64,000 bases of DNA from contig CM059432.1 of the NCBI GenBank assembly GCA_030390025.1, positions 145,950,001 to 146,014,000 on the forward strand, given 5' to 3'. This DNA is from Squalus acanthias (Eukaryota). Each line of letters opens with the position of its first letter. The first letter of the stretch is position 1. The translations under genes were made by a program, and so were the position numbers. Below the pieces are notes generated by a model. It saw only the letters and a list, made by a program, of their open reading frames with translations. It made no database searches and was not told where the DNA came from. Below are positions 23,690-36,027 of the stretch, piece by piece.

Positions 23690-26600
23690 GAGATGCGAGC
23701 GCCGGCAATGGCAGCACTATGGACCTCACCAAAATGGTTCCTTCCAGCTTTTAAAGGGGAGGTTGCATCATTGTGCAGAAGCTCATTTTCAGCATTGCTG
23801 GCTTTGAGGCGACCTGCGAGCAAGTGAATCCCCTGATGGCTATGGCTGTTCCCACTCCCAGGGAGAGAGCTCGTCGGTTCACAGACGTGGCATTGGAGGC
23901 ATTGGTGGCTGGAGTGGAGTGAAGGAGGGCAATGCTGTTCCCGGCCACTGGAAGGAGGCCATCGCCTCAGGTGTTCAGGGCAATGTGGAGGGAAGTGGCC
24001 CAGGAAGTCTCGGCCAGTAGTGTGGTGGAACACAGCCTGACACAGTACCGCAAGAAATTCAACGACCTCAGTTGGGTGGTCAAGGTGAGTACATGCTTCA
24101 ACAGCTCCAACATACCAGCATCTGAACCTCAGATTGTGCACACTGCGCAAACAACCACACCGCCACCACTCACCCACCAAACATCTTCACCGACTCAAAC
24201 TCACATCCACGTCTCACGCCTTTTTTTACAATCACAGCTATTCAACGACGGCAGGCTTATCTCCCAAACACATAGCTGGACTCTGACTCAAACATATTTG
24301 TTTCTCTTGCAGGCTGAGATGACCCACAATAGGAGGGAGCAGCAGAGAACAGGCGGGAGTGATGCGCAGCTCCAGCAGCTCTCAGACCTTGAGGAGCGAG
24401 TGCTGCGACACATTGGGCAGCAGGTGGTGGCGCTGTGGGCAGCGGTGGCGTTGACCCCGTTGGGGGCAAAAACGGTATCTTCATCCCCTCTCCTTCTCTC
24501 ATCCCACTTCCCTCTCACACCACAAACCTTTCTCACTTTCCACCTCCTGAGAATGTCTGCATTCCTTGCTCCCTTCCTGCCCCCCTGCCCTCATCTTAAC
24601 GCGAGTCTTGTGCCTTTATGCTTTCAGGTAATCAGCAACCAGCTGACTAGCCTGTCCCTGAGCCTCCCAGTGAGAGTGAGGCGGGAGAAGAGGAGGAGGA
24701 AGAAAGCACGGTGTCACTGCATGTCTCACCCGCAGGCACCACCTCAGATACTGGGACTACGCGATCTTTAGAGGCAAGTTTAGTGGAGGGGTCGGCACTC
24801 GGTGATGCACCGGGGGCGAGCGAGCTGCAGCAAGGTCAGGGGGAAAGGGTAGCTCGGGAGCCAGCTCCCCGGAGGGTGGGTTCTGCTGCACAGGACTCAG
24901 ATGAGGACCTCAATGGGGAGGCATTCACAAGAAGGGTGACGGCCAAGCACACCGAGATGATAGGTGCAATGCCAAGGGTGCCCGAGAGCCTGTCGGCAAT
25001 GGTAAGGAGCGCGGAGGAGTCCGCCTCCAACATTGCACAGAGCTCTGCACACACCATGGAGCCCATCATTTCCACTGTGCAGTGGATAGTGGACTCCCAG
25101 AGACCGTGCAGATCCAGACCGCATGACATGTGTGATGGGCGATGTGGCAGCTTCCATTGCAGCACATGCGGAAGCGACGCAACATCTTAGTGCTGTAATG
25201 CAGTCAATGGTTGCTGCCATCGAGTCTCAGACTGCTCTCATGCAGTCTCAGCTTGATGCCACAAAAGATCTGACTGCTGTAATTGTCGCTGGGTCCACCA
25301 TAGTCCACCGGGGATCTCATGGTGTTGCAACAGGCCAGCAATCTGTGCTCCAGCAAATTGGTAGGGATACTGAGGTGCTGCCCTGGGGGTGTGGGAGTGG
25401 GTCAGTGGAACAGGAACCTGCTGTCCTCTCTCAGGAGGACAGCATTCCTGATCCTACCACTGCCACTCCGCTATTGCACTTGTCCCTGCCTGTCATCTAG
25501 CCAGCCCAGACTGCCGCCACCCAGCCTGAGGTGGTGCAGTGTACAGCCGGGCCTTCCAGGCCCACAGCTGGTCGAGGGCGTCCTGTAAGGCAATCATAGT
25601 CTCTGGCACTGACACTCAGCAGCCTTCCACCAGCCCTGCTGCAGCCACTGGGGAGACACTACGTAGAAGCACTAGATTAGGAAAGGGGACTGTAAAGAGG
25701 GGAGGCAAGGGTTTGCACAAGGGTGATTAGTCAATATTGTTGTTGTATATATGTGGTTAATGGTTTTTGATAATATTACTGGAATGTTGCAGATTTGGTG
25801 CTGTGTCTCATGTCAGTTCTGGGGTGTGGTATGGAATCACAAAGTGATGGAATGATGGCGACCTGCTCAGCAACCGGAAAGAGGACTCGAAGTCACTGGA
25901 AACGAAGTCTGATGAGACGGTCACGGACCGACCTTGCAGAACTCCGATTGAGTGGCTGCCTGCTCCGTCGCTGCTGTTCGTCCCCCTGTTCCTCCTGCTC
26001 CTCTTCTTCCTCCCCTTCCTCCTCCTTCTTCTCATCCTCGTCCTCCTCCTCCTGAGGTGGTGGAGTTATGCCTGGTGGCAATGGCTGCGCCCTCATGATG
26101 GCCAAGTTGTGGAGCATGCAGCAGACGACGACGAAAAGCGACACCCGCTCAGCCGAGTACTGGAGGGCTCCTCCCGAGCGGTCAAGGCAGCGGAACCGTT
26201 GCTTGAGCACTCCGATGGTCTGCTCGATGATGTTCCTGGTGGCAGCATGGCTCTCATTAATATGAGTGCTGGGCAGGAGTGTTGGGGTTGCGGAGGGGAG
26301 TCATGAGCCAGGTGGAGAGCGGATAGCCCTTGTCTCCGACCAGCCAGCCGCGAGCTTGATGTGGTGGCTGGAAGAGTGCTGGAACTGGCTCAGGATGAAG
26401 GCATCGTGGCTGCAGCCAGGATAGCGGGCATTGGCGGTGAGGATTCGCCGTGTGTGGTCGCACACCAACTGGACATTAAGTGAGTGGCAGCCTTTGCGGT
26501 TACGGAAGACCTCAGGATTGTTATGAAGAGCCCACAAAGCGACGTGGGTGCAGTCAATGGCGCCCTGCACCATGGGGAAGCCCGCTATCCTGGCAAAGAC

Positions 26601-27574
26601 ACATGCACACTCGCACTGCTTCTCTCTGGTCATGGGGAAGGAAATGCAGTCCCTTCTCCTTCTGTACAGAGCATCTGTGACCTGGCGGATGGAGCAATGG
26701 ACGGCAAACTGGGAGATGTTGGAGATATCGCCTGTCACACACTGGAATGATCCGCTGGCGTAGAAATTGAGGGCGACGGTGACCTTGACTGCCACCGAGA
26801 TAGCCGTGGTGGTCCTGATCTGAGGCTCGAGGTCTGGCTGCAGGAGGTGCCAGAGCTCTGTGACCATGCCCTTGCTGAAGCGGAGCCTTCTAACACACTG
26901 GTCCTCAGTGAAATTCATGTAGGAGAACTGCTGCCGGAACACCCTGGGTGGGTAAGGCCTCCTGTTGAGAGCCCTGTTGGCCCTCCTACCTCTGGCCACA
27001 TTTTGAACTCTTTCTCTGTGCCTCAGTTGCCTCCGACATTGACGCTGGAGGGCGAGGTCCAGCGCCAGTACAGCCCCCATGAAAGGATCCAAGTATTGCA
27101 CTTTCAAATCTCCCCTCAATGAAACTGAAGAATCTGTATGTGCCAGAATGCTCGTTAAAATGCAAAACGCTCAAATCGGTCAAAAGGCCTCTTTGCCGAT
27201 GTGAAACTAACAACGCAGCATTGTTGGCCGACGCAAACTAAACCGGATGTGGAAGCCTTTAAATAGCGCTCCTCCAGGGGACATCTGACTGAAAGCCGCC
27301 TCCTCTACCTGTCGTTGTTAACGGCAGGCACACAAGCAGGGGGCAAGAGGGAATTTTTCATTCGGGGCGCTACGGAGGCACTGCGCACGGCAATGACATC
27401 ATGATCTCCGGGCGCAGGAGATTGTGGTGCAATGTCTTAACATCACCGCAAAACTGCCACTGAATTTATCGGGAGGCGTTGCTATCGCCACGCCCGGTCA
27501 CAAACCCACTTGCGCCCCATTAGCGCCCCCTGGAGGCGCTAACAGGAGGCGCAAAGGAGCCCAATTTCTAGCCC
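23690..27574. mobile_element. PIF/Harbinger transposon lacking its left TIR (Myb gene + about 23836-25730; transposase - about 25893-27080)
   Basis: AIDCTH, SHDAFIL, GDKGY and LKQRFRCL motifs; terminus AATTTCTAGCCC. Confidence 0.88.
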
Positions 27575-27590
27575 TAAAAATTAAAACGGT

Positions 27591-29311
27591 GGGGGTGATT
27601 TTCGGCAGCACGTTCAGGTGGTCAAGTTGGGGTCTTGAGCTGAAACGCTGGTTTAGCCCACTTTTAGCACAAGACGCAATCTTGGTAAAGGAGTTGAAGC
27701 CAGCGCTAGGAACGGCCACCCGGAGGCTTGGTAAGGGGCTGATTGCCTGCTAGTGCTCATTAAGGTGGCTCCACAGCACTTTGGTTGCTAGCGCTTGTCC
27801 TAATGCCTTCTCCTAACAGCGACAAGCTGTTTGGGAGTAAACAGGTCGTTGCTGAGGATTTCTAGCGCTACTTAAAGGGATACTCACCATTTCATGTTCA
27901 CTTCAGTAACATCGCCGAATCTCCCACCATTATCATCCTGGGGGTCACCATTGACCAGAAACTTAACTGGACCAGCCACATAAATAGTGTGGCAACAAGA
28001 GCAGGTCACAGGCTGGGTATTCTGCGGCGAGTGTCTCACCTCCTGACTCCCCAATGCCTTTCCACCATCTACAAGGTACAAGTAAGGAGTGTGATGGAAT
28101 ACTCTCCACTTGCCTGGATGAGTGCAGCTCCAACAACACTCAAGAAGCTTGACACCATCCAGGACAAAGCAGCCCACTTCAATGGCACCCCGTCCACCAC
28201 CTTAAACATTCACTCCCTCCACCACCGGCGCACCGTGGCTGCAGTGTGTACCATCTACAAGATGCACGGCAGCAACTCGCCAAGGCTTCTTCGGCAGCAC
28301 CTCCCAAACCCGCGACCTCTTCCACCTAGAAGGACAAGGGCAGCAGGCGCATGGGAACACCACCACCTCCAAGTTTCCTTCCAAGTCACACACCATCCTG
28401 ACTTGGATGTATATCGCCGATCCTTCATCGTCGCTGGGTCAAAATCCTGGAACTCCCTCCCTAACAGCACTGTGGGAGTACCTTCACCACACGGACTGCA
28501 GCGGTTCAAGAAGGCGGCTCACCAACACCTTCTCAAGGCCAATTAGGGATGGGCAATAAATGCCGGCCTTGCCAGCGATGCCCACGTCCCATAAACGAAT
28601 AAAACAAAAACATGCTGCTGGACCTGTGAAGAGGACCTCTGAAACACATCGGGAGACTTTCTGGGACACTTGATCAAGATTTCACCAACACTCGAGCAAC
28701 ATTTATTTTGCAAATTCTCTGAGGGCTTCACCTAACAAGAGTAAGTGTTGTGCTACTCCACCTTATTGGACATCTTATAGGGTCACCAGGAGAAAGGGAG
28801 CGCTTGGTCATGGGCATCTTGTGAGGGGTCCCCCTTGGTCTGGACGAGGAATGGGAGGAGGACATGAGGCCAGGCAGAGCAGCAACCAGCTGCTGCAGGC
28901 GAGAGGGACAGGAAGGCAAAGAGGGCGAAGTGGTGTCCTTCCCCCCCCTGCGGATACAGGACATCCATCCCTCCTCCGGACCTCCTCCACCAGGACCTCC
29001 AGTGCCCCGTCCGAGAACCTCCTTCGGTCCCTGAGACATCCTGCAACGTGCCGCTGTATGCCAGCCAGCGCACTCCACAACTTCAATAGAAGTGGGTGCG
29101 ATGAGCTCACATATACTGCCCCACTAAAATTGCGTCTAATCAGCACTCGAGAGCTAAACCCTGCAGGTTTCTGGTTTAGTACCACCAGGCAAGTTCAAAT
29201 TATGGTAATCAGCAATTAGGACCAAAATCGTGTGCTAAATCCAGACATTCAAACAGGCCTGTCTTATTAGCACAGCACCCATTTAGCACCCGTTTGGTCA
29301 AAATAATCCCC
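27591..29311. mobile_element. Non-autonomous Harbinger deletion derivative with nested LINE
   Basis: TIRs GGGGGTGATTTT/AAAATAATCCCC; retains a transposase-like 5' stub (+, about 28810-28935) and a Myb 5' stub (-, RRFSDGALEVLVEEVRRR). Confidence 0.7.
27915..28610 (+). mobile_element. Non-LTR retrotransposon 3' end
   Basis: Same family as 20345-21038. Confidence 0.85.
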
Positions 29312-29792
29312 AGTATCTCTCCCCCAACGGGTATTTCTGAGCAAGGATTTCAAATGCCTTTACTAGGCTCCCTGTGTGTCAACGAGTGCGACAAAGTGAA
29401 AAAGCCTGTCGGGACCTGATTCTGCAGCCATGATTGGGAGCCCAGCCACTAAAGGTACACATTTTCTCCTTATAATATGCAAGGAGTTTCTTGGTAATAC
29501 TTTATCCTGGAAAAACTTTTAAAACAAAAATAAAGTGCAGCGATGAATCAAAATAACTTTTGAAACATTATTGGCTAAAAGTTCATCCATGCAGTATTGT
29601 TGTTCCACAAGCAAAACCCAGAGATAAGGAAACTGTTTCAAAGACACAGAAAGCCCAGTCTTTAATTCACATTACTGCGTTTATCTAAAGTCATAGGAAA
29701 AAAGATATAAGACAGAAATGTTCCCTATTTGTTGTTCAGCTGTTGTCACAACCATATGTAATTGAAGGGCAACTAGGAGCTTTTAAATCATC

Positions 29793-31220
29793 GGGCTGAA
29801 TTTATACTCAAAGGCGGGGAGGGAGCTGGGGTGGGGCTGGATTGAGGTCCGCAAACCCGGAAGAATGGGTTTCCCTCAGGCCTTGCCGAATTTAACAACA
29901 GGACCTGATTTACATTTTTTTTTTCTCCATTTCCCGGCCGCAGCCAGTCAGATTGAGAGGCTGGCTGGCTGTCGTGCGGGTAGGCCTTCGACACAAGGCT
30001 GTAGCCAGGGAGCGAAGAGGAGGGAGGGAGGGATCGGAGGCCGGGGGGAGACGGGATTGGAGATTGGAGGCCTGAGGGCTCGGAGGCCGGTGGGGGTGGG
30101 GGGGGGGGGTGGTCTGAGGCGGAGGTTGGGTGGGGGGGTACGGTTGGTGTCAGAGATCGGAGGCCTGAGGGGTCGGAGGCTGGCGGTGGGGTGGCGGTGG
30201 TGGAGGATAGGGGTGTGAGATCAGAGGCCTCGTGGGGGAGGACCTCGTGGGGGAGTTCGGAGGGAGATCGGAAGGGTTGGGGGGGGGGTGTCCGATCGCG
30301 GGGGGTGGGCGAGGCAGGTACGCTGCTTCCAGCAGGTAAGTGGGAAGCCACATACCTCCTGGATCCAGCAGTCCTCGCCTCCCTTTAGCCCGCACGTTTC
30401 CCGAGGCCTGGGAAACCCAGACGGCCAGAGCTAAATTTGAAATTGTGGATCAATATGAGGCATTCAGCCTCATTATAATATTTTAAATGCCAACCCGCCT
30501 CCTGCGAGCAGGTTGGTTGCCTGCACCCCCGTCCTCATCCGTTAAAACTGGAAGTGGGCAGGTTGGAGGCGAGTTAGAAACATAGAAACAGAGAAAAATA
30601 GGAGCAGGAGTCGGCCATTCGGCCCTTCGAGCCTGCTCCACCATTCAATATGATCATGGCTGATCCTTTATCTCAATACCACATTCCCGCTCTCTCCCCA
30701 TACCCCTTGATGCCTTTTGTATCTAGAAATCTATCTATCTCCTTCTCAAATATATTCAGTGACTGGGCCTCCACAGCCTTCTGTGGTAGAGAATGCCATA
30801 GGTTCACCACCCTCTGAGTGAAGAAATTACGCCTCATCTCAGTCCTAAATGTCCTACCCCGTATCCTGAGATTGTGACCCCTTGTTCTAGACCCCCCAGC
30901 CAGGGGAAACATCCTCCCTGCATCCAGTCTGTCTAGCCCTGTCAGAATTTTATACGTTTCAATGAGATCCCCTCTCATTTTTCTAAACTCTAGTGAATAC
31001 AGGCCGAGTCGACCCAATCTCTCCTCATACGACAGTCCTGCCATCCCAGGAATCAGTCTGGTGAACCTTCGCTGCACTCCCTCTATGGCAAGTATATCCT
31101 TTCTTAGGTAAGGAGACCAAAACTGTACACAGTACTCCAGGTGTGGTCGGGATTCAGATTTTTAACTGTATAACCTCCCACCCGACCCCAACCCGCCCTG
31201 TTTTATGGGGTTAATCATTT
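29793..31220. mobile_element. Harbinger-type MITE with G-rich core and nested CR1 3' end (30575-31147, minus)
   Basis: Terminus GGGCTGAATTT; homologous to 17520-18459. Confidence 0.72.
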
Positions 31221-31378
31221 CAGATCATTTTGCAAAAACAAAGCTCTAATTATTTTAATGAATTTTCTATCTATGTCTCAAATTCTCACCACTTCTAAAC
31301 ATCTGAGTTTGACAATGCAGATATAATAATGATTCACTCGAACTGGCAAAGTATTGCATTTCAGGTGCAAGTTCTCAC

Positions 31379-31447
31379 CTGCGACACATCTCGTTTCTTC
31401 CTACTCCTCTGTAACATCTGGTCCTCCACCACGTCATGCATCTGTAT
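31379..31447 (-). CDS. RGS22: RGS22 coding exon: IQMHDVVEDQMLQRSRKKRDVSQ
   Basis: Acceptor ctccag|ATA, donor CAG|gtgaga, 69 nt; resembles VQMKDIAEELLLQKAEKK. Confidence 0.85.
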
Positions 31448-31525
31448 CTGGAGAACAGATACGAAGTGATAAAACTTTAGGATCAAATTATAAATAGATA
31501 CCCTAGAGAGGTCAAATATAATAAT

Positions 31526-32267
31526 GGGCCGGATTTTCCGATCAGAGGCTCTCTGCGGGCGGATGCCTCCGATCTGGAAAAAATCTACGCACTTACCTGC
31601 TGGCTCCGTAGGTCCCGACACTTCCGCTCCTGGGCCTCTCCGGGTCCGCGCGGGCAGAGGCCCAGGTATCCCAGGTATCCCAGGTATCCCAGGGGTGGCG
31701 CAGGCGGTTCGCAAGCGTACCTGGGATCACGTGGGCCATGGGGAACCAGTCAAAGAAGGGAATCCCCCTTCACACTTTTAACAGGTCTCTCCGCACAGAT
31801 CTGTCAAAAGTATGAATGGGGATCACATTAAAAAACACAGTTAAACATTAAATACATTTTTTTAAAATCACGCATTTAAAATTAGTTAAAATCACATTAA
31901 ATTAAATATTTTAAACAAAAATTTAATTTTTTGAAAAATATAGTTAAAGTTTTTTTTCAGGGCTAAAAATAAACTTACCTTTTTTTAAAAGTATTTTTAA
32001 ATTATAAATGAGTGAAATTTTTTATTTTTTTACTTTTTTAAACTCTTGTGCTATAAAAGCAGGCCTTACGCGCGCTTTTACCACGCGTAAGATTTCTAAG
32101 GTTTTCAGTGGGCGGAGGTTGCACAGAAAGCGGAACTCTCCCCCCGCAGAGGCCCTTCTCCCGGGCAGGCGGAGGATCTGTCAAGAGAACTCTTCACAGA
32201 TCGGAAGTGCCGGTTTTCAGCGCATGCGCTTTGCGTACCCACCCGTGGGGGTCGGAAAATCCGGGCC
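31526..32267. mobile_element. Harbinger-type MITE (GC-rich arms, AT-rich core)
   Basis: TIRs GGGCCGGATTTTCCGA/TCGGAAAATCCGGGCC; highly similar copy at 38930-40567. Confidence 0.85.
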
Positions 32268-33383
32268 ATTCTTCTCAACCCTTTCAATATATTTCACTTC
32301 ATGCTTTTTCCACAAATTTCATGGCCGTGAGATTCGGCCTGTTTATGCTGACTGATGAGGCCGGTTAGGATGAAAAAATGGCAGCCGCCTCGCTTCCGCC
32401 CACATTCGGCGGCCGCCATTTTGCGCAGGCCGGCAGCGCTTTGCTGCAGATATGGAAATGAGTCAGATCGTGACGTCAATTAGCGTGCAACGTTGATTTA
32501 ATGCACGACCTGCATCGCCGCTCCATTCAACGCCCTCTTCAAATCACAGCCAGCTGCCCTTGCGTTCAGCAGCAGGAAGGACCCTCCCACCATCGCTACT
32601 TAAAGGGATCATCAACAACACGCAGATTTTTCATTTCTACTGGCTCTGTGAATGTTTGTGCAACTGTTTGGAGCTTTCTAGAGTTATTTAAAGTTTTTGA
32701 GGTGACAGGGAGTGGTGCTGCAAGTGGAGAAGGCCTTGCTTCTCATTTAAAGGGTTCTGCTCACACCACTTGTTCCCAGTCATGGGGGCTCTACTTGCAG
32801 TCCCCCTGATGCTCGAGTATGATAGAGAGATGGAGCGGAGGCACCAAAGAAGAGAAGATGCTCGCAGAGGGAGGAGGAAGGGCATGAGGGCTCTCAGCAG
32901 GAGGCCCTACTCACCTTGGAGCAGTGTATTAGGAAGCACCGCTTCACCAAGGAGGTGGTCACAGAACTCTGCCACCTCCTGGAACCAGACCTCCAGCCTC
33001 AGAGCGGGGCAATGATGACGATGCCAGTGGCCCTCAAGGTCACCGTGGCCCTCAACTTTTTCGCCACCGGATCCTTCCAGTCTGGAGCAGGAGACGTAGC
33101 TAATATCTCTCAGTTCGCTGTCCATCGCTGCATCTGGGAAGTCACCGAGGTTCTGTACTCCAGGAGAAGGGATTTCATTGTCTTCTCTTTGAACAGAGAG
33201 AAGCAGGAGGAGCGCACTTGTGGCTTTGCCAATTAAGCGGGCTTCCCCATGGTGCAGGGCGCCATCAACTGCACACACATGGCTTTGCGGGCACCACATA
33301 CCAAAACCTGAGATGTTCTGTAACCGCAAAGGCTACCACTCTCTTAATGTGCAGTTGGTGTGCACCACTGTGACACTGGAGTC

Positions 33384-33524
33384 CAACGTTCCCTCTAAGC
33401 TGCGTGGCCGTGCGGCCCGGGACCAGCTTTTCAAATGTGAAATTTCGCGCATGCGTGGACCTTTGAATGGGTCGCACAGCCCGTTAAAGGGACCGTGCAC
33501 CCCAAAAAATGAAGGGGAACATTG
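33384..33524. mobile_element. hAT-type MITE
   Basis: TIRs CAACGTTCCCTCTAA/GAAGGGGAACATTG. Confidence 0.75.
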
Positions 33525-33768
33525 GTTGGGTCATTTCCGTCCGTGCTGCAATGGAAGCTGCAACGTCGCTCGTATAACCCAGCATCATGGTTGGGTCCAC
33601 AAGGGCTCTCATGGAGTTGCCCATCAGTTCCATCCTGGAAATCGCGGGCTCCAAGCTCCGCGCAAAACCCCGTGCAATGTTGGAGCCGGACTCCTCACTG
33701 CTCCTTCACTGCTTGTCATTGCACCAAGCGTTTCTGTGTGCATGCCCATCGCTCTGGGGAGCTGGCAC

Positions 33769-33921
33769 CAATGCTCCCTTTAAGTTGCGTGGCCACGAGG
33801 CTGCGCAGCGCTCTGAGGGTCCCACGCAGACGGTAAGCCGGCTTTTAAATAGAAAAAACCGCGCGTGCGCGGAATTTTGAATTGCCCACATGGCCCCTTT
33901 AACGGGGAAGAGGGAACATTG
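33769..33921. mobile_element. hAT-type MITE
   Basis: TIRs CAATGCTCCCT/AGGGAACATTG; perfect 8-bp TSD GCTGGCAC. Confidence 0.88.
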
Positions 33922-34487
33922 GCTGGCACCGAGCTACCCTTTCCCCCTAGCCTGGCTGCAAGCACACTCATGCCCGATGACTCACCACGTCTAGATCCCG
34001 CCTCTATACTACTCTCTAAAGTCCGCGCAGTGCCATTTTCTGAGCTGGAGCCTGCAAGTGTCAGATGCAGTGATGGCGCCTCTTCTTCTCCTTCATTCTC
34101 CTCCTCCGTTACTTCGGGGATAGGCTGGGCTGGTGGGACTTCCTGGGTATCTGAAAGGAGAAAGGCACAAGGGGTCGAGTTGTGGTGAGGGGAGCGGGAG
34201 GGGCAAAGCAAGATATCCATGCACACACCATCAGAAGCTTGTTAGTGAGAAGTGATTGTGGGATGAGGGGGAAGTGGGATGTTAGAAGAGGATTAGGTAT
34301 GACCACACCATCATCATCAGCAATGGTTTCAACTTCGCCACTCGCCACGGACTCAGTGACGGCCCCTCCAATGATCTCCAGCACTGCTTCCTCCGGCTCT
34401 GTGAGGTTCTGCAGTCGGGCTTCCCGTCCGCCCAGTTGCTGCTGCTGCCGGTGGTTATGAGCCACCTTTGCCTGCAAGAGAAAGGGA

Positions 34488-36027
34488 AGTGAGTCAGTGA
34501 GTGTGGTGGAATGTGTTTGGGTGAAGTGAGTCAGTGAGTGTGGTGCAATGTGTTTGGGTGATGTGTGTGTCAGTGAGTGTGGTGCAATGTGTTTGGGTGA
34601 TGTGTGTGTCAGTGAGTGTGGTGCAATGTGTTTGGGTGATGTGTGTCAGTGAGTGTGGTGCAATGTGTTTGGGTGAAGTGTGTGTCAGTGAGTGTGGTAC
34701 AATGTGTTTGGGTGAAGTGTGTCAGTGAGTGTGGTGCAATGTGTTTGGGTGATGTGTGTCAGTGAGTGTGGTGCAATGTGTTTGGGTGAAGTGTGTCAGT
34801 GAGTGTGGTGCAATGTGTTTGGGTGAAGTGTGTGTCAGTGAGTGTGGTGCAATGTGGTTTGGGTGCAGTGTGTCAGTGAGTGTGGTGCAATGTGTTTGGG
34901 TGATGTGTGTCAGTGAGTGTGGTGCAATGTGTTTGGGTGAAGTGTGTCAGTGAGTGTGGTGCAATGTGTTTGGGTGAAGTGTGTGTCAGTGAGTGTGGTG
35001 CAATGTGGTTTGGGTGAAGTGTGTCAGTGAGTGTGGTGCAATGTGTTTGGGTGATGTGTGTCAGTGAGTGTGGTGCAATGTGTTTGGGTGAAGTGTGTCA
35101 GTGAGTGTGGTGCAATGTGTTTGGGTGAAGTGAGTCAGTGAGTGTGGTGCAATGTGTTTGGGTGAAGTGTGTCAGTGAGTGTGGTGCAATGTGTTTGGGT
35201 GAAGTGAGTCAGTGAGTGTGGTGCAATGTGTTTGAGTGATGTGTGTCAGTGAGTGTGGTGCAATGTGTTTGGGTGATGTGTGTCAGTGAGTGTGGTGCAA
35301 TGTGTTTGGGTGAAGTGAGTCAGTGAGTGTGGTGCAATGTGTTTGGGTGAAGTGTGTGTCAGTGAGTGTGGTGCAATGTGTTTGGGTGATGTGTGTCAGT
35401 GAGTGTGGTGCAATGTGTTTGGATGATGTGTGTCAGTGAGTGTGGTGCAATGTGTTTGGGTGATGTGTGTCAGTGAGTGTGGTGCAATGTGTTTGGGTGA
35501 TGTGTGTCAGTGAGTGTGGTGCAATGTGTTTGGGTGAAGTGAGTCAGTGAGTGTGGTGCAATGTGTTTGGATGATGTGTGTCAGTGAGTGTGGTGCAATG
35601 TGTTTGGGTGAAGTGAGTCAGTGAGTGTGGTGCAATGTGTTTGGATGATGTGTGTCAGTGAGTGTGGTGCAATGTGTTTGGGTGATGTGTGTCAGTGAGT
35701 GTGGTGCAATGTGTTTGGGTGATGTGTGTGTCAGTGAGTGTGGTGCAATGTGTTTGGATGATGTGTGTCAGTGAGTGTGGTGCAATGTGTTTGGGTGATG
35801 TGTGTGTCAGTGAGTGTGGTGCAATGTGTTTGGGTGATGTGTGTCAGTGAGTGTGGTGCAATGTGTTTGGGTGAAGTGAGTCAGTGAGTGTGGTGCAATG
35901 TGTTTGGGTGATGTGTGTGTCAGTGAGTGTGGTGCAATGTGTTTGGGTGATGTGTGTCAGTGAGTGTGGTGCAATGTGTTTGGGTGAAGTGAGTCAGTGA
36001 GTGTGGTGCAATGTGTTTGGGTGATGT
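34488..36027. repeat. Minisatellite, about 36-38-bp unit TCAGTGAGTGTGGTGCAATGTGTTTGGGTGA(T/A)GTGTG, roughly 40 copies
   Basis: Direct reading; near-identical head-to-tail units without spacers. Confidence 0.97.

Larger units (their letters stand above)
21129..23690. mobile_element. Heavily deleted Harbinger (Myb remnant + 21958-22850; transposase remnants - about 23000-23200)
   Basis: TIR GGCCTAGAAATT; MAQQARERAP and W..IAEAI...RTW.QC.KKF.DL. Confidence 0.75.

Noticed and set aside
31361..31781. Collagen-like GPGIPGIPGIPG ORFs (also 38845-39219)
   Set aside because: Caused by a 9-bp CCCAGGTAT repeat in a MITE arm.
34488..36027. CRISPR-like array of about 37-bp repeats
   Set aside because: Units are contiguous with no unique spacers, there are no cas genes, and the context is a eukaryotic intron. 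The ORFs over it are repeat translations.
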